Under the pieces are notes generated by a model. That model did no database searches. It worked only from the letters and a program-made list of their open reading frames with translations, and was not told the DNA's origin. From Nitrosopumilaceae archaeon (GTDB taxonomy: Archaea > Thermoproteota > Nitrososphaeria > Nitrososphaerales > Nitrosopumilaceae): DNA of 64,000 nt. Both the position numbers and the translations under genes were made by a program. This document shows positions 8,828-19,640 of this stretch, one piece after another; the stretch's first letter is position 1, and each line of letters begins with the position of its first letter. The stretch spans positions 64,001-128,000 of the forward strand of contig OZ242274.1 of assembly GCA_965207375.1 (NCBI GenBank). Direction: 5' to 3'.

Positions 8828-11497
8828 TTGGACAAAAAAGAGATTCTAAAGGAATTTTCCTCAAAACCTGACAAACATTACAGTGTCAGACTATTCCAAG
8901 AACAAGGATTTGTAAGAAAGGCATGTATAAAGTGCAGAAGATTTTTTTGGACTCTAGATGATGGACGAAATTTGTGTCCAGATGACGGCAACGATACGTA
9001 CTCGTTTATTGGAGAGCCACCAACCTCAAAGAGATTTGACTATACACAAGCATGGAAGCAGATAGAAGAATTTTTTGTAAAAAATAACCACACATCAATA
9101 TCCCGATATCCCGTTGTTTGCCGCTGGCGGGACGACTTGTACTTTACAATAGCATCAATAGTAGATTTTCAAAGAGTGATGGGCTCAAAGGTTGTTTTTG
9201 AATTTCCTGCAAATCCGCTAATAGTTCCGCAGACATGTTTGAGATTCAAGGATTTAGAAAATGTTGGAGTCACCGGAAGGCATTTTTCAAGCTTTTGCAT
9301 GATAGGACAGCACAGTATTGCCGATACACATGGATACTGGAAGGACGAATGTGTAGATTTGGACTTTAGACTGTTAACTGATCAGTTTGGAATCAAAAAA
9401 GACGAGATAGTCTTTGTAGAGGATGTGTGGGCAGGCGGAGGCTCATTTGGACCCTCACTGGAATACTTTGTCAGAGGGCTTGAACTTGGAAACGCAGTAT
9501 TTACAGAATTTCAGGGCGAATTGGGACAACATACTACACTAGATCAGCGGGTAATCGACATGGGGGCAGGATTGGAAAGGTTTGCCTGGATTACCATGGG
9601 GACACCTACTGCCTATGACTGCTGTTTTGGTCCGATTAATCAGAAATTGTCTGAAAAAATCGGAGTCGATTCGGATTCTAAAATCCTACAGAGGTATTTT
9701 ACAGAAATTGCAAAGGCACTAGATAATTTTGAGGATCTCAATGATGTCAGACGCCATGCAATAAAGGCTACCGGTGTCACTGAATATCATCTAGACAAAA
9801 TGATAACACCCCTTGAGGGCGCATACCTGATAGCCGATCATTTACGGACACTAATCTTTGCAATTGCAGACGGCGCACTGCCAAGCAATGTCGGGGGAGG
9901 ATACAACCTAAGAATGATGGTTAGAAGAATCTATGCTACAATGGACAAATTGAATCTGAAACTAGACATTGATGAATTAATTGATGCCCACATTGATTAT
10001 CTCAAAAACACCTATCAGGAGTTAGACAGTAAAAGAGAGGATATCAAAAAAATTCTTAAAATTGAATCATCAAGATATATCGAGTCAAAAATACACATGG
10101 AGCAAAAGGCAGACAGAATCAGACAAAAAGGGACACTAGGTGTAGAGGAATTAATTACGCTTTACGAATCAGACGGAATTACGCCTGAATATCTCAAGGA
10201 AGTAAATGTAATCTCAGAGATTCCGTCATCATTTTATTCAAAATTATCTGACTTGCACCAGTCAGAGAGAGAAAAAGACACAACGGAGCTTCCACTTGGA
10301 GAGATATCAGAAACAAAAGCTCTCTTTTACAAAGATGATCCTATGGAGTTTGAGGCAAAGGTAGTAAAAGTATTTGATGATATGGTAGTGCTAGATAAAA
10401 CATCATTTTATGCAAGAGGCGGAGGTCAGGAGCCTGATCATGGAAGCATTGCAGGTTTTTATGTGTCAGATGTAAGCAAACACGCAGATATCATAGTTCA
10501 CAAGTTAGAGGGAGGAGTTCCAAACCAAGGAGATACGGTACAATGCAAAATAGATGTCACTAGGCGCTCTGAGATTACCAAAAATCACACTAGTACACAC
10601 ATCATAAATGCAGCATCTAGAAGTGTATTAGGATCATGGATATGGCAGCATTCGGCATTCAAAGATGATAATCATGCACGTTTGGACATTACACATCATT
10701 CCTCACTGACAAAGCAGCAGGTACAGCACATTGAGGATGCAGCAAATAATATAATAAAACAAAATCTTTTGGTAAATATAGAATATTTTGATCGTAGAAC
10801 TGCAGAACAAAAATATGGTTTTAGAATTTATCAGGGAGGCGTAGTTCCGGTAAAATCGGTAAGAATAGTCTCAATAGGAGATATAGATGTTGAGGCGTGT
10901 GGAGGAACGCATGTAAAAAGAACCGGAGACATTGAGCTGATAAAAATTACCAAAACCAAAAGGATTCAAGACGGCGTAGTCCGTTTGGAGTTTGTTTCAG
11001 GGCACCGTGCATACGATTATGTAAAAAGACTATACAAGAACACAATACAGCAGGAAGAAATTGACAAAAAAAGGGAAAAAATTCTGCAAGAGCGAGAAAC
11101 TAAAAGAGAGATAGCCCTAGAGAAAACGCCAAAACTTTTAGAGCAAATTATCTCAGGACAGTCAGGCACACTTGACGAAATAGAGGTAAGAGAAAAAAGA
11201 TGTTTTACCACAAGTAAACAATACAGTCAACGCTTTCACGTCGATTTTGGCAAAAAGTTAACCTTCAAGGAACCAAAGGCTGCATATTGTGGCATATTTG
11301 AGGCAGGTTCGACCATCAGAATAATAGTGTACTGCGGTGCAGAATCGGGGAAAAATGCAGAGCAGATTGCCAGAGAAATTGCTGCAATTCTTGGAGGCTC
11401 AAGCGGAGGAGATAGTAGATTTGCCCAAGGAGGAGCAAAGGACACACCTAAAAAAGACGAGGCAATATCAAAGGCAAAATCAATGATTTTAGAATGA
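8828..11497 (+). CDS. alaS: Alanine--tRNA ligase
   Basis: FTIASI, GLELGN, DMGAGLER, DHLRT; editing motifs HTSTH and EACGGTHV; GGSSGG in C-Ala. Confidence 0.97.
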   Translation: MDKKEILKEFSSKPDKHYSVRLFQEQGFVRKACIKCRRFFWTLDDGRNLCPDDGNDTYSFIGEPPTSKRFDYTQAWKQIEEFFVKNNHTSISRYPVVCRWRDDLYFTIASIVDFQRVMGSKVVFEFPANPLIVPQTCLRFKDLENVGVTGRHFSSFCMIGQHSIADTHGYWKDECVDLDFRLLTDQFGIKKDEIVFVEDVWAGGGSFGPSLEYFVRGLELGNAVFTEFQGELGQHTTLDQRVIDMGAGLERFAWITMGTPTAYDCCFGPINQKLSEKIGVDSDSKILQRYFTEIAKALDNFEDLNDVRRHAIKATGVTEYHLDKMITPLEGAYLIADHLRTLIFAIADGALPSNVGGGYNLRMMVRRIYATMDKLNLKLDIDELIDAHIDYLKNTYQELDSKREDIKKILKIESSRYIESKIHMEQKADRIRQKGTLGVEELITLYESDGITPEYLKEVNVISEIPSSFYSKLSDLHQSEREKDTTELPLGEISETKALFYKDDPMEFEAKVVKVFDDMVVLDKTSFYARGGGQEPDHGSIAGFYVSDVSKHADIIVHKLEGGVPNQGDTVQCKIDVTRRSEITKNHTSTHIINAASRSVLGSWIWQHSAFKDDNHARLDITHHSSLTKQQVQHIEDAANNIIKQNLLVNIEYFDRRTAEQKYGFRIYQGGVVPVKSVRIVSIGDIDVEACGGTHVKRTGDIELIKITKTKRIQDGVVRLEFVSGHRAYDYVKRLYKNTIQQEEIDKKREKILQERETKREIALEKTPKLLEQIISGQSGTLDEIEVREKRCFTTSKQYSQRFHVDFGKKLTFKEPKAAYCGIFEAGSTIRIIVYCGAESGKNAEQIAREIAAILGGSSGGDSRFAQGGAKDTPKKDEAISKAKSMILE

Positions 11498-11506
11498 GTG
11501 ATGATT

Positions 11507-14371
11507 ATGGAGATTGACTGGAATGCAATTGAGTGTAAGTGGAGGAGTAAATGGGCACAGGACAAGGATTTTGAGACGAATCCAAATGAAAAGCCAAAAA
11601 AATTCATCACAGTGGCATATCCATATCCAAACTCCCCGCAACACATAGGACACGGAAGAACATACACTCTAGCAGACGTTCATGCAAGATTTTACAGAAT
11701 GCAGGGATACAATGTACTGTTTCCAATGGGATTTCATTATACAGGAACACCAATACTTGGAATGGCAAAGAGAATTCAGGCAGGAGAAAGAGATATCCTT
11801 GATGGGTTGAAAAATATTTATCACGTACCTGAAGATGCAATCAAGACCTTTGTTGAGCCGATAAAGATTGCAGACTATTTTCACGAGGAGATAAAGTCTG
11901 GCATGATTGAGATGGGATATTCCATTGATTGGCGAAGAGAATTTACCACCGTGTCTCCGGGTTATCAAAAGTTTATCGAGTGGCAGATTACGGTCCTAAA
12001 GGAGAGAGGTAAAATCATACAGGGCTCGCATCCGGTAGGATGGTGTCCCGTTGATCAAAACCCAGTATCACAGCACGATACAATGGGCGACGTAGAACCC
12101 AAGATTGACGATAAAAATTTCCTGATCAAGTTTGGTTTTGAAGAATTTGTTTTTCCAGTTACAACGCTTCGGCCTGAAACAATTTTTGGAATAACTAATC
12201 TTTGGGTCAATCCAAATACCACATATAAAAAAATCAAGGCAGATGACCAAAGGTGGATAGTTTCAAAAGAATGTGCAAAAAAAATGGAATTTCTTGGAAA
12301 GAGGATCTCAATTGAGGGAGACATTGCAGGAACAGAACTGGCAGGAAAATACGCAGTGGCGCCTCACAACAGCCAAAAAATTCCAATTTTGGAGGCAGAC
12401 TTTGTAGAACCTGACATTGGGACGGGTCTGGTCATGTCTGTGCCTGCCCATGCGCCAAAAGACTATCAGGCATTAATGGATTTGAAGGCAAAAAATCACG
12501 AATTGGCATCAAAAATCGAGCCCATTGCAATCATTGCTACAAAAGGATACAGTCTGATTCCGGCAAAAGATATCTGTGACAGGCTTGGCATAACGGATCA
12601 AGCAGATAAAAGATTGGAAGAGGCAACAAACGAGCTGTACCTCAAAGAGTTTACCGGCGGAAGGCTAAATGAAAGATGCGGAAAATTTCAAAATATCGGA
12701 GTAAAGTTTGGACGAGATAAGGTAAGAGACTGGCTAGTTGAGAACAAACACCTAGAAGGATTTCCTGTACTTGAAAACGGTCCAATCAGATGCAGATGTG
12801 GGGCCCAATGCGTGGTAAAAATACTAAACAATCAATGGTTCCTAAATTATGGAGATGCTCAATGGAAGGATTTGGCGAGAAGTTGTTTTGACCAAATGAG
12901 TATTTTGCCTGGAAAAATCAAAACGGAATTTGCAGATGTAATTGATTGGCTTCACGAACGTGCATGCGCAAGGCAGCAGGGTCTTGGAACAAAGCTGCCA
13001 TGGGACAAAGACTGGATTGTCGAGAGCCTCTCAGACAGTGTAATTTACATGGCATACTATACGATATCAAGATTTGTAAATGATGCAACTATACTACCAG
13101 AAAATCTCACAAGGGAATTCTTTGATTATGTCTTTTTAGACAAGGGAGACGTTAATTTAGCAGCGAGTACGTCAAAGATTACAAAAGATACAATCGATAC
13201 GATAAAGAGAGAATTTTCATATTTTTATCCAGTAGACTCTAGGCATTCAGGAAGAGATTTGGTTCAAAATCATCTGTCGTTTTTTGTCTTAAATCATGTG
13301 GTAATATTTGACAAAAAACTGTGGCCCCAACAGATCGTAGTCAACGGTTCGGTCATGATGAAGGGGGCTAAAATGTCAAAAAGTATGGGAAATATCATTG
13401 CACTGCGAACCGCCATCCAAAACCATGGGGCAGATCCAATCAGATTGGCAATAATATCATCAGCGGAGCTGTTACAGGATGCCGATTTTAACATGGAATC
13501 AGTTTCAGCAATGCAGGCAAAACTAGAGTCGCTGCTAGAACAGTGCAAGGCACAGTCAGGCAAAATTGACAATTTGGAGGCAGAGGACAGATGGATTTTA
13601 TCCAAAACACATAACATGATAGCAGCAGTCACAGAATCCGTTGAAAAGATGAGACTTCGTGAGGCCTTGCACGATGTCCTGTTTGCCTTTGAGTCTGACT
13701 TGAACTGGTATACAAAAAGGGTAAAGGCCAAAAAAAGAGAGGATGTTTTTGCAATATTGCATCAGATTAATTCAGTAAGAGTTGCAATGTTGTCCCCGTT
13801 TGCACCGCACATAGCAGAAGAGATGTGGGAAAGGCTGGGATACTCGGAGATGGTATCAAAGTCTGGGTGGCCCCAATATGCCAAGGAGAATGTAGATACA
13901 GTCTCAATTCAGTCAGAGGAGCTGTTAAAAAATACAATTGAGGATATCGCAAATATTCTCAAAGTTACAAAAATTACACCACAAAAAATTGTAATTTATG
14001 TAAATTCAGACCAATTCAAGTACAAATTGTATCGCAGAGTATTAGAAATTATGACAGGAGGTCAGAGCAACATGGGGTCAATAATGAGGGAACTGATTGC
14101 AGACGCCGATACCGCAGATGCTAAAAAGATGCCTGAATACATTCAAAAAATAATAAAGGATCTGCACTCAGAATCAGAAAATATCAAGCAGATGAAACTA
14201 GAATCAGAATTTGATGAAAAAGAGTTTCTCTCAAGTGAGCTTGTCAAAATCGGCAGGTGTGAGTTTGGAGTAGATATCACAGTATATTCAGAATCAGACG
14301 AGAACATTTATGATCCAAAAGCAAAGGCAAAACATGCAAGGCCCTTCAAGCCTGCAATTTTGATTGAATGA
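11507..14371 (+). CDS. leuS: Leucine--tRNA ligase (archaeal type)
   Basis: YPYPN..HIGH, TTLRPET, GTGLVMSVPAHAP and KMSKS motifs. Confidence 0.97.
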   Translation: MEIDWNAIECKWRSKWAQDKDFETNPNEKPKKFITVAYPYPNSPQHIGHGRTYTLADVHARFYRMQGYNVLFPMGFHYTGTPILGMAKRIQAGERDILDGLKNIYHVPEDAIKTFVEPIKIADYFHEEIKSGMIEMGYSIDWRREFTTVSPGYQKFIEWQITVLKERGKIIQGSHPVGWCPVDQNPVSQHDTMGDVEPKIDDKNFLIKFGFEEFVFPVTTLRPETIFGITNLWVNPNTTYKKIKADDQRWIVSKECAKKMEFLGKRISIEGDIAGTELAGKYAVAPHNSQKIPILEADFVEPDIGTGLVMSVPAHAPKDYQALMDLKAKNHELASKIEPIAIIATKGYSLIPAKDICDRLGITDQADKRLEEATNELYLKEFTGGRLNERCGKFQNIGVKFGRDKVRDWLVENKHLEGFPVLENGPIRCRCGAQCVVKILNNQWFLNYGDAQWKDLARSCFDQMSILPGKIKTEFADVIDWLHERACARQQGLGTKLPWDKDWIVESLSDSVIYMAYYTISRFVNDATILPENLTREFFDYVFLDKGDVNLAASTSKITKDTIDTIKREFSYFYPVDSRHSGRDLVQNHLSFFVLNHVVIFDKKLWPQQIVVNGSVMMKGAKMSKSMGNIIALRTAIQNHGADPIRLAIISSAELLQDADFNMESVSAMQAKLESLLEQCKAQSGKIDNLEAEDRWILSKTHNMIAAVTESVEKMRLREALHDVLFAFESDLNWYTKRVKAKKREDVFAILHQINSVRVAMLSPFAPHIAEEMWERLGYSEMVSKSGWPQYAKENVDTVSIQSEELLKNTIEDIANILKVTKITPQKIVIYVNSDQFKYKLYRRVLEIMTGGQSNMGSIMRELIADADTADAKKMPEYIQKIIKDLHSESENIKQMKLESEFDEKEFLSSELVKIGRCEFGVDITVYSESDENIYDPKAKAKHARPFKPAILIE

Positions 14372-15084
14372 ATCAGATTTTGTCATGTCCGAAGAGATGA
14401 CTATATGAACTGTACTTGTTCACGTAAGAGTTAATTTGTGTCTAAATATTATATAATGATTGAAAAATTAGGTATGAAATAAACAAGTATGCCGAATTCA
14501 TTATCTATTTAATCGTGCATTATTCAAACAATTACGAAATCCAATTTTAGAATTTCTGAGCAAACATGATTATACAATATCCGATGTTATTTTTGAATGT
14601 GATAGTGATTGTAAATTTTACCAAGGATATCAGTTTACCATTTACTAACAAAGGAAAGATTCACATGATATCGGATATTGTTACATGGGCTAACAATAAA
14701 AACATCGAATCAGAGGGCGTAATACAACTTGATCTTAGAAATAAAATTTCCACTATATTACAAAACATGTGAATAAATCAAATGCACAATAATCACATGA
14801 GCCCACGGTTCGCCAACGCAATGTTGGCCCGCAGGATTCGATTACGTGCAAATAATAAAACATTATTCTTAGATATTAAATTATTGTTTGTTTTTCAGAA
14901 AATTCATTAATACATTTAAAATATTTCTAATGTTTCAGCTAAGCGAAATGTGACCTAAATTCTTACCCCACCCATATTGTTCTATTTGCATTTAGGAATA
15001 GATTTTAGCCTATTTTATCCACATTTCGTTTAGCTGACTGTTTCAGAAAGTGTATTTATTAGGTCATGTGAGCCCAAAATCATC

Positions 15085-16098
15085 TTGAATATTGCAGTGA
15101 TGGGAATGGGAGTTGCAGGTTCGTATCTAATGGCAAGACTCGCAGATTCAGAACACACAGTTGTAGGGTATGAAAGAAATACCAAAGAAAGACACGACTC
15201 GATTTGTGCATGGGGAACAATCAAGCCGGTACTAGCAGAATTTTGTAAAAAGACGGGCAGAAATTTTGACGACTTTATGATTCATGACGGAAAAAGCATG
15301 CATGTCAAAATGAACAGTAACGTAAAATTCGACATTGGGTTGCACGGGTTGTGTACCTATGATAAATTAGGATTAATCAAGGATTTCATCAAGGATTCAA
15401 AAATAATTTATGGCAAATCCCCATCACTAGAAAAGTTGGAAGAAGAGTACGACATTATAGTAGACTGTACAGGATTTTCCAGAAGCTATTTGCCAAAGTT
15501 AAAGGAGGATTTTTTCCTGCCAACATATGAATACAAGGTAGAATATGAAAACGGGGTTCCCTATGATGACTTTTACATAGAACCGTTTCCTGGAATGTCA
15601 GGATACTTTTGGTACTTTCCATTGGGTAAAAACTGGGCGCATATAGGGGCAGGAGATTACAACAAGAATCACATAAAGGCAACAGATGAATTTTTAAAAA
15701 AACACGGAGGCCGCGTCCTAAAAACTAAGGGCCGCCCCATAAGACTTGCAACACCAGACAGGTGCAAGCCATTTTACAAGGGCAAAGTGGTAGGCGTAGG
15801 TGAGTCGATAGGTACAGTTTATGCCCTGCTAGGGGAGGGAATCATACCTAGCATGCAATGTGTCGATATTTTCCTAGAAAACATGCATGACTTTGCAAAA
15901 TACGAAAGGGAAGTAGACAAACACTATAGAGTGTATGCCAAGGTTTTCAAGTTTGTCAGGGCAAAAATCCACAAGGATTTTTCGTTTATAAGATCACTGC
16001 CTGACTTTATGACAATATTTCGATACATGAAGAAAAATGAGGACAGATTTGGCATGGATATCAAAATGGCAGACCTGATAAAGGTCGCAAAGGCCTAA
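15085..16098 (+). CDS. FAD-dependent oxidoreductase (geranylgeranyl-reductase-like)
   Basis: GMGVAG Rossmann motif, GYFWYFP, VGES...GEGI. Confidence 0.85.
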   Translation: MNIAVMGMGVAGSYLMARLADSEHTVVGYERNTKERHDSICAWGTIKPVLAEFCKKTGRNFDDFMIHDGKSMHVKMNSNVKFDIGLHGLCTYDKLGLIKDFIKDSKIIYGKSPSLEKLEEEYDIIVDCTGFSRSYLPKLKEDFFLPTYEYKVEYENGVPYDDFYIEPFPGMSGYFWYFPLGKNWAHIGAGDYNKNHIKATDEFLKKHGGRVLKTKGRPIRLATPDRCKPFYKGKVVGVGESIGTVYALLGEGIIPSMQCVDIFLENMHDFAKYEREVDKHYRVYAKVFKFVRAKIHKDFSFIRSLPDFMTIFRYMKKNEDRFGMDIKMADLIKVAKA

Positions 16099-16796
16099 CC
16101 AAAAGACATGCTGCTAAAATTTTTGCGCATCGTACCGTTTGATTTCATGGTATAGTCATAAATTATACTACAATATTGTTCAAACTCATCGCGCATTGGA
16201 TCTAGCGAATCTGCAAGATAGAATCCCGGACAGTCGCCGGTAAACTGATAGGTTGCATGTACACGGGCAAGTCCCTTTTCATTTTCAAGCCAAGAGGAAA
16301 ACGGATACAGATAGCATACGCCGGGGCGGTCCGGATGCATGCTACAGCCACCCTTTTCATCCAAAAACCTGCACGAAATGTGGGTGCCGTCTTCGGACTC
16401 TGTTTCACCTTTTTTGCGTTTCAGATTTATTGTAGTCATAGTCATTTGGCTTGAGGGGCCAGGTTGTCGGTACGTTACAATATTGGTCTCATTTTTTATA
16501 AAATCAGACGTCCTTTGATACTTTAATCCCTTGCCTATTGTTATCAGATCATCAGAGGTCAAAGGCAGTCTGCCCTGTCTGTCACAGCAATTATGGCAGT
16601 CAGGCCAAAAGCACTTCCACAAGACGTACTTTTGTTGCACAACAAGATACGGAATATGAAAAATCATGCCCTTGATTTTGAGTGTATGGTCTCGGACATT
16701 GCCGATTTTGCCAAGCATAAAATCATAAATTATCGGATCAACATCCCAGTCTTTTTGCAAAAGGTTCAAGGATTCCTGAATTTCTTTTTGGGACAA
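16095..16796 (-). CDS. YkgJ family (CxxCxxCC) cysteine-cluster protein
   Basis: CFWPDCHNCC and CRFL...CSMHPDRPGVCYLYPF. Confidence 0.88.
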   Translation of the reverse strand: MSQKEIQESLNLLQKDWDVDPIIYDFMLGKIGNVRDHTLKIKGMIFHIPYLVVQQKYVLWKCFWPDCHNCCDRQGRLPLTSDDLITIGKGLKYQRTSDFIKNETNIVTYRQPGPSSQMTMTTINLKRKKGETESEDGTHISCRFLDEKGGCSMHPDRPGVCYLYPFSSWLENEKGLARVHATYQFTGDCPGFYLADSLDPMRDEFEQYCSIIYDYTMKSNGTMRKNFSSMSFG

Positions 16797-16831
16797 CTAT
16801 TCAGTTATAACTAAATGTACAGATGTTATTA

Positions 16832-17152
16832 ATGTTGAGTGAAAAGGGAAAATATGCAACTGCCACAGAGAACAGAAGGTTTGTGTGGAGTTATATCATC
16901 TGGCCCCTGATTTTAGAGATAAATGACGTCATGTTTACATTAAAACAATATCAAAAAAAGCGAGACCAGATATGTATGGAAAAAAACATCAGCATTACTG
17001 TCACATCACGCGGACTTGCATCATTGTTACAAAAGGAAATGATACGAAAGGAGGGCGAGGTATATTCCATTCATTACAGGTTGATTCCATACATGAGGTT
17101 AAAGGCAGACTGCGATTATGCAACTGCAATCCATGAGACCAAAATCAAATAG
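16832..17152 (+). CDS. Hypothetical protein (possible winged helix)
   Basis: About 106 aa; helix-wing pattern SRGLASLLQKEMIRKEGEVYSI. Confidence 0.7.
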   Translation: MLSEKGKYATATENRRFVWSYIIWPLILEINDVMFTLKQYQKKRDQICMEKNISITVTSRGLASLLQKEMIRKEGEVYSIHYRLIPYMRLKADCDYATAIHETKIK

Positions 17153-17429
17153 TTTCATTTACGTATCTTACGAATTAAACCTAGGTAAATCTCTGGTCAT
17201 AACCCTAACTCAATTTCAACATGCAGATTTTTGCAAAGTTGCGTACGTAAAAACCCAAATGTGTGGTTTTTGCATGATTCAGGCATGACATCTCATAAAT
17301 TTGATCTATTACAACCAATTACCTATACTTTTGGCATGCAAAATACCAATGAAAAAAAAAATAAACTTTAGCACGCCATACAAAACATCTGCAAATAATT
17401 ATATGCCAATCAAATAAACTCTATCTAGT

Positions 17430-17534
17430 AGCCCGATAGTCTAGCGGTCAAATAACATTTTAGATCAAGGATTCTGCCCTCTGGATCTCAGGAGAGGATA
17501 GGCAGAGACGGCAGTTCGAATCTGCCTCGGGCTA
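17430..17534 (+). tRNA. tRNA-Gln(CTG) with two introns (D-loop and canonical 37/38)
   Basis: Acceptor stem AGCCCGA/TCGGGCT, anticodon arm CTGCC-CT-CTG-G...A-GGCAG, T-arm GGCAG-TTCGAAT-CTGCC. About 17 nt extra in the D-loop and about 15 nt extra after position 37. Confidence 0.9.
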
Positions 17535-17543
17535 CTTGTAAAT

Positions 17544-18143
17544 TTAACGTGATGCTTGTGCGATTCTTTCTAATTCGTTCTTTTTCTTTACAGAAGGAGA
17601 TGAAGGATCATTTGATGCTGCCACAATGAGTTGTTCTGCTAGATGCTCTTCAATTGCCTTTGGGTTTGAAAAGGTTGCCTCCTTTACGCCGTCGGCAATG
17701 AATCTTAATGCCAAATCGACACGCCTGATTGGTGCAACATCTACAGATACGTGATAAACGGTTCCACCATAAACAATTCTTGTAGTATCCTCGTTTGGTG
17801 CAGAGTTTTCAATTGCCCTGACTAGAACCTCTACTGGGTTTTTACCAGTCTTCAAATGGATTATTTCAAATGCAGCCTTTACAGTATTGTAAATATTCAT
17901 CTTTTTGCCAGTCATTCTTCCCGTGTTTTTGGCATATCGTTTTCCAAAATGCATTAGCTTGTTTGCTAGTCTTTCAACAATGTTTACATCTGCCTTGTTG
18001 AATCGTTTTAATGCAGAACGGCCAAAGGTCAAAGGTACAATCATTTTTCGCAGAGAAATTGCAGTCTTTAATCCAGGATCATTTATTTCAATGTCAGACA
18101 AATCCCATTTTCTAAACAATAACAAGTTCTGCGTTTGTACCAT
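17544..18143 (-). CDS. rps7: 30S ribosomal protein S7
   Basis: IVERL, AIENSAPNED, ELERIAQASR. Confidence 0.97.
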   Translation of the reverse strand: MVQTQNLLLFRKWDLSDIEINDPGLKTAISLRKMIVPLTFGRSALKRFNKADVNIVERLANKLMHFGKRYAKNTGRMTGKKMNIYNTVKAAFEIIHLKTGKNPVEVLVRAIENSAPNEDTTRIVYGGTVYHVSVDVAPIRRVDLALRFIADGVKEATFSNPKAIEEHLAEQLIVAASNDPSSPSVKKKNELERIAQASR

Positions 18144-18144
18144 T

Positions 18145-18582
18145 TTATCTCCTCGGCTTTTCCTTTTTTCCAATTACCAGCTCATGCAGAGAGGTACCGT
18201 TTACTTTGAACACCTTAAAGCGGACACCTGGAATATCACCCATTGCACCGCCCTGTGTTGCACCCATGCCTTCTACATGAACCTCATCATGCTCGTCAAT
18301 AAAGTTCATTGCACCGTCCCGTGGCAAAAATGCAGTCACTGCCTTGCCATTTTTAATCAGTTGTACTCTGACACATTTTCTAACAGCAGAGTTTGGTTGT
18401 TTTGCAGCAATGCCTACCTTTTCTAAGACGATTCCCCGTCCCTGAGGGGCACCTCCCAAAGGATCTGCCTTTTTGTCAATTCCAAGTTCCCGTCGTTTAT
18501 AGGTGGAAATTGCCCAGCGTTGCTCTTTGCGTTTTGACTTTAAAACTCTGCCTGCAAATAATCCCAAAGGTGACTTTGTCAT
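18145..18582 (-). CDS. rps12: 30S ribosomal protein S12
   Basis: [10 protein letters not shown] and [10 protein letters not shown]. Confidence 0.98.
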   Translation of the reverse strand: MTKSPLGLFAGRVLKSKRKEQRWAISTYKRRELGIDKKADPLGGAPQGRGIVLEKVGIAAKQPNSAVRKCVRVQLIKNGKAVTAFLPRDGAMNFIDEHDEVHVEGMGATQGGAMGDIPGVRFKVFKVNGTSLHELVIGKKEKPRR

Positions 18583-18584
18583 AG

Positions 18585-19049
18585 TTACAGCTCCAGTGTG
18601 GCCCGCTCTGGGCTGTTAATCAAAACGCTAGTAATATCAAAATATCGTTTGGCCAAAAGGCGCGCCTTTTCTGCATTTCTTCCCTCACGGCCCACTACAA
18701 TTCCCTTTTTTCTTGCATCTACCATTACTATTGCCTGCTGTGTTCCATCTGCTCGTGTATTTAATTTTACTTCAGAAATCAGTTTTCCATTAAGCATATT
18801 TTTTAAAAATTTGGCAGGATCCTCATTATACTCTACTAGTTCTACATTTCTCTTGACGATATTTTGCAATGATTTTATGTGGGCTCCTCCCTTGCCAATA
18901 GCCAAGCCCATCTTTCCTGTATTGACAACAAAAATTACACGATTTTGTTTTTCATCTTCTACACAATCACGTGCAGTAGCACCGGTTACGTTTTGAAACA
19001 GCGACATGAGTCGCATTTGATCAGTTGTAAGTTTTATTGCCTGTGTCAT
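18585..19049 (-). CDS. nusA: Archaeal NusA-like transcription factor
   Basis: KH motifs AIGKGG and VVGREG; operon position. Confidence 0.93.
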   Translation of the reverse strand: MTQAIKLTTDQMRLMSLFQNVTGATARDCVEDEKQNRVIFVVNTGKMGLAIGKGGAHIKSLQNIVKRNVELVEYNEDPAKFLKNMLNGKLISEVKLNTRADGTQQAIVMVDARKKGIVVGREGRNAEKARLLAKRYFDITSVLINSPERATLEL

Positions 19050-19119
19050 AACCATTCCTTTTTTACTTCGGCAATTTCTGTCTCATTTAAACCTTGATTA
19101 AAAAAGTCTGGAATTGATT

Positions 19120-19431
19120 TCATTGTACAGATTCAGACTCTTTGATGATTGATGTGATTGTAGCCTCTGTCATTGAGTTAAAGGCAATAGTTGAAATTCT
19201 AAATTGTAAACCGCACAGTTTTCCTAATGCGATAGATGTTCCCTCGAATTTTACGGTAGGTACTTTGTTTTTTTGTGCAGTTTCGGTGATTTTTTTCGAG
19301 GCTTCGTTGGTTAGTGATTGAGATACAACGATTAACTTTGAATTATTTGAGTTAATCACTTCCTTTGTTCCAAAGGTGCACTTGTTTTCCTTAATGCTAT
19401 CCTTTAGTGCCTTTTCTAATATCTTACTCAT
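19120..19431 (-). CDS. rpl30e: Ribosomal protein L30e (L7Ae/L30e family)
   Basis: FGTKEV and GTSIALGKLCG; position between rpoA and nusA. Confidence 0.9.
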   Translation of the reverse strand: MSKILEKALKDSIKENKCTFGTKEVINSNNSKLIVVSQSLTNEASKKITETAQKNKVPTVKFEGTSIALGKLCGLQFRISTIAFNSMTEATITSIIKESESVQ

Positions 19432-19640
19432 TGTATTCTCGTAATGTCGATCCTTTATTAGACCTTTATAGGTTTATTGACCAAAAAATGTAGTTTATTT
19501 CTGTAGTTAAAATGCAGATGTACAGTTTGTGCACACTAGATCCATAATACAACAGGTCCAAGCTCCAATTATACGTCATAAAAAAATCAAAATTCACACC
19601 TTTGAAATGGCACGTGTCAAAAAAAATCAAAATTTCCTTT

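Noticed and set aside
14566-14772. 68-aa ORF after leuS
   Set aside because: AT-rich, no motif, and cannot be supported as a gene.
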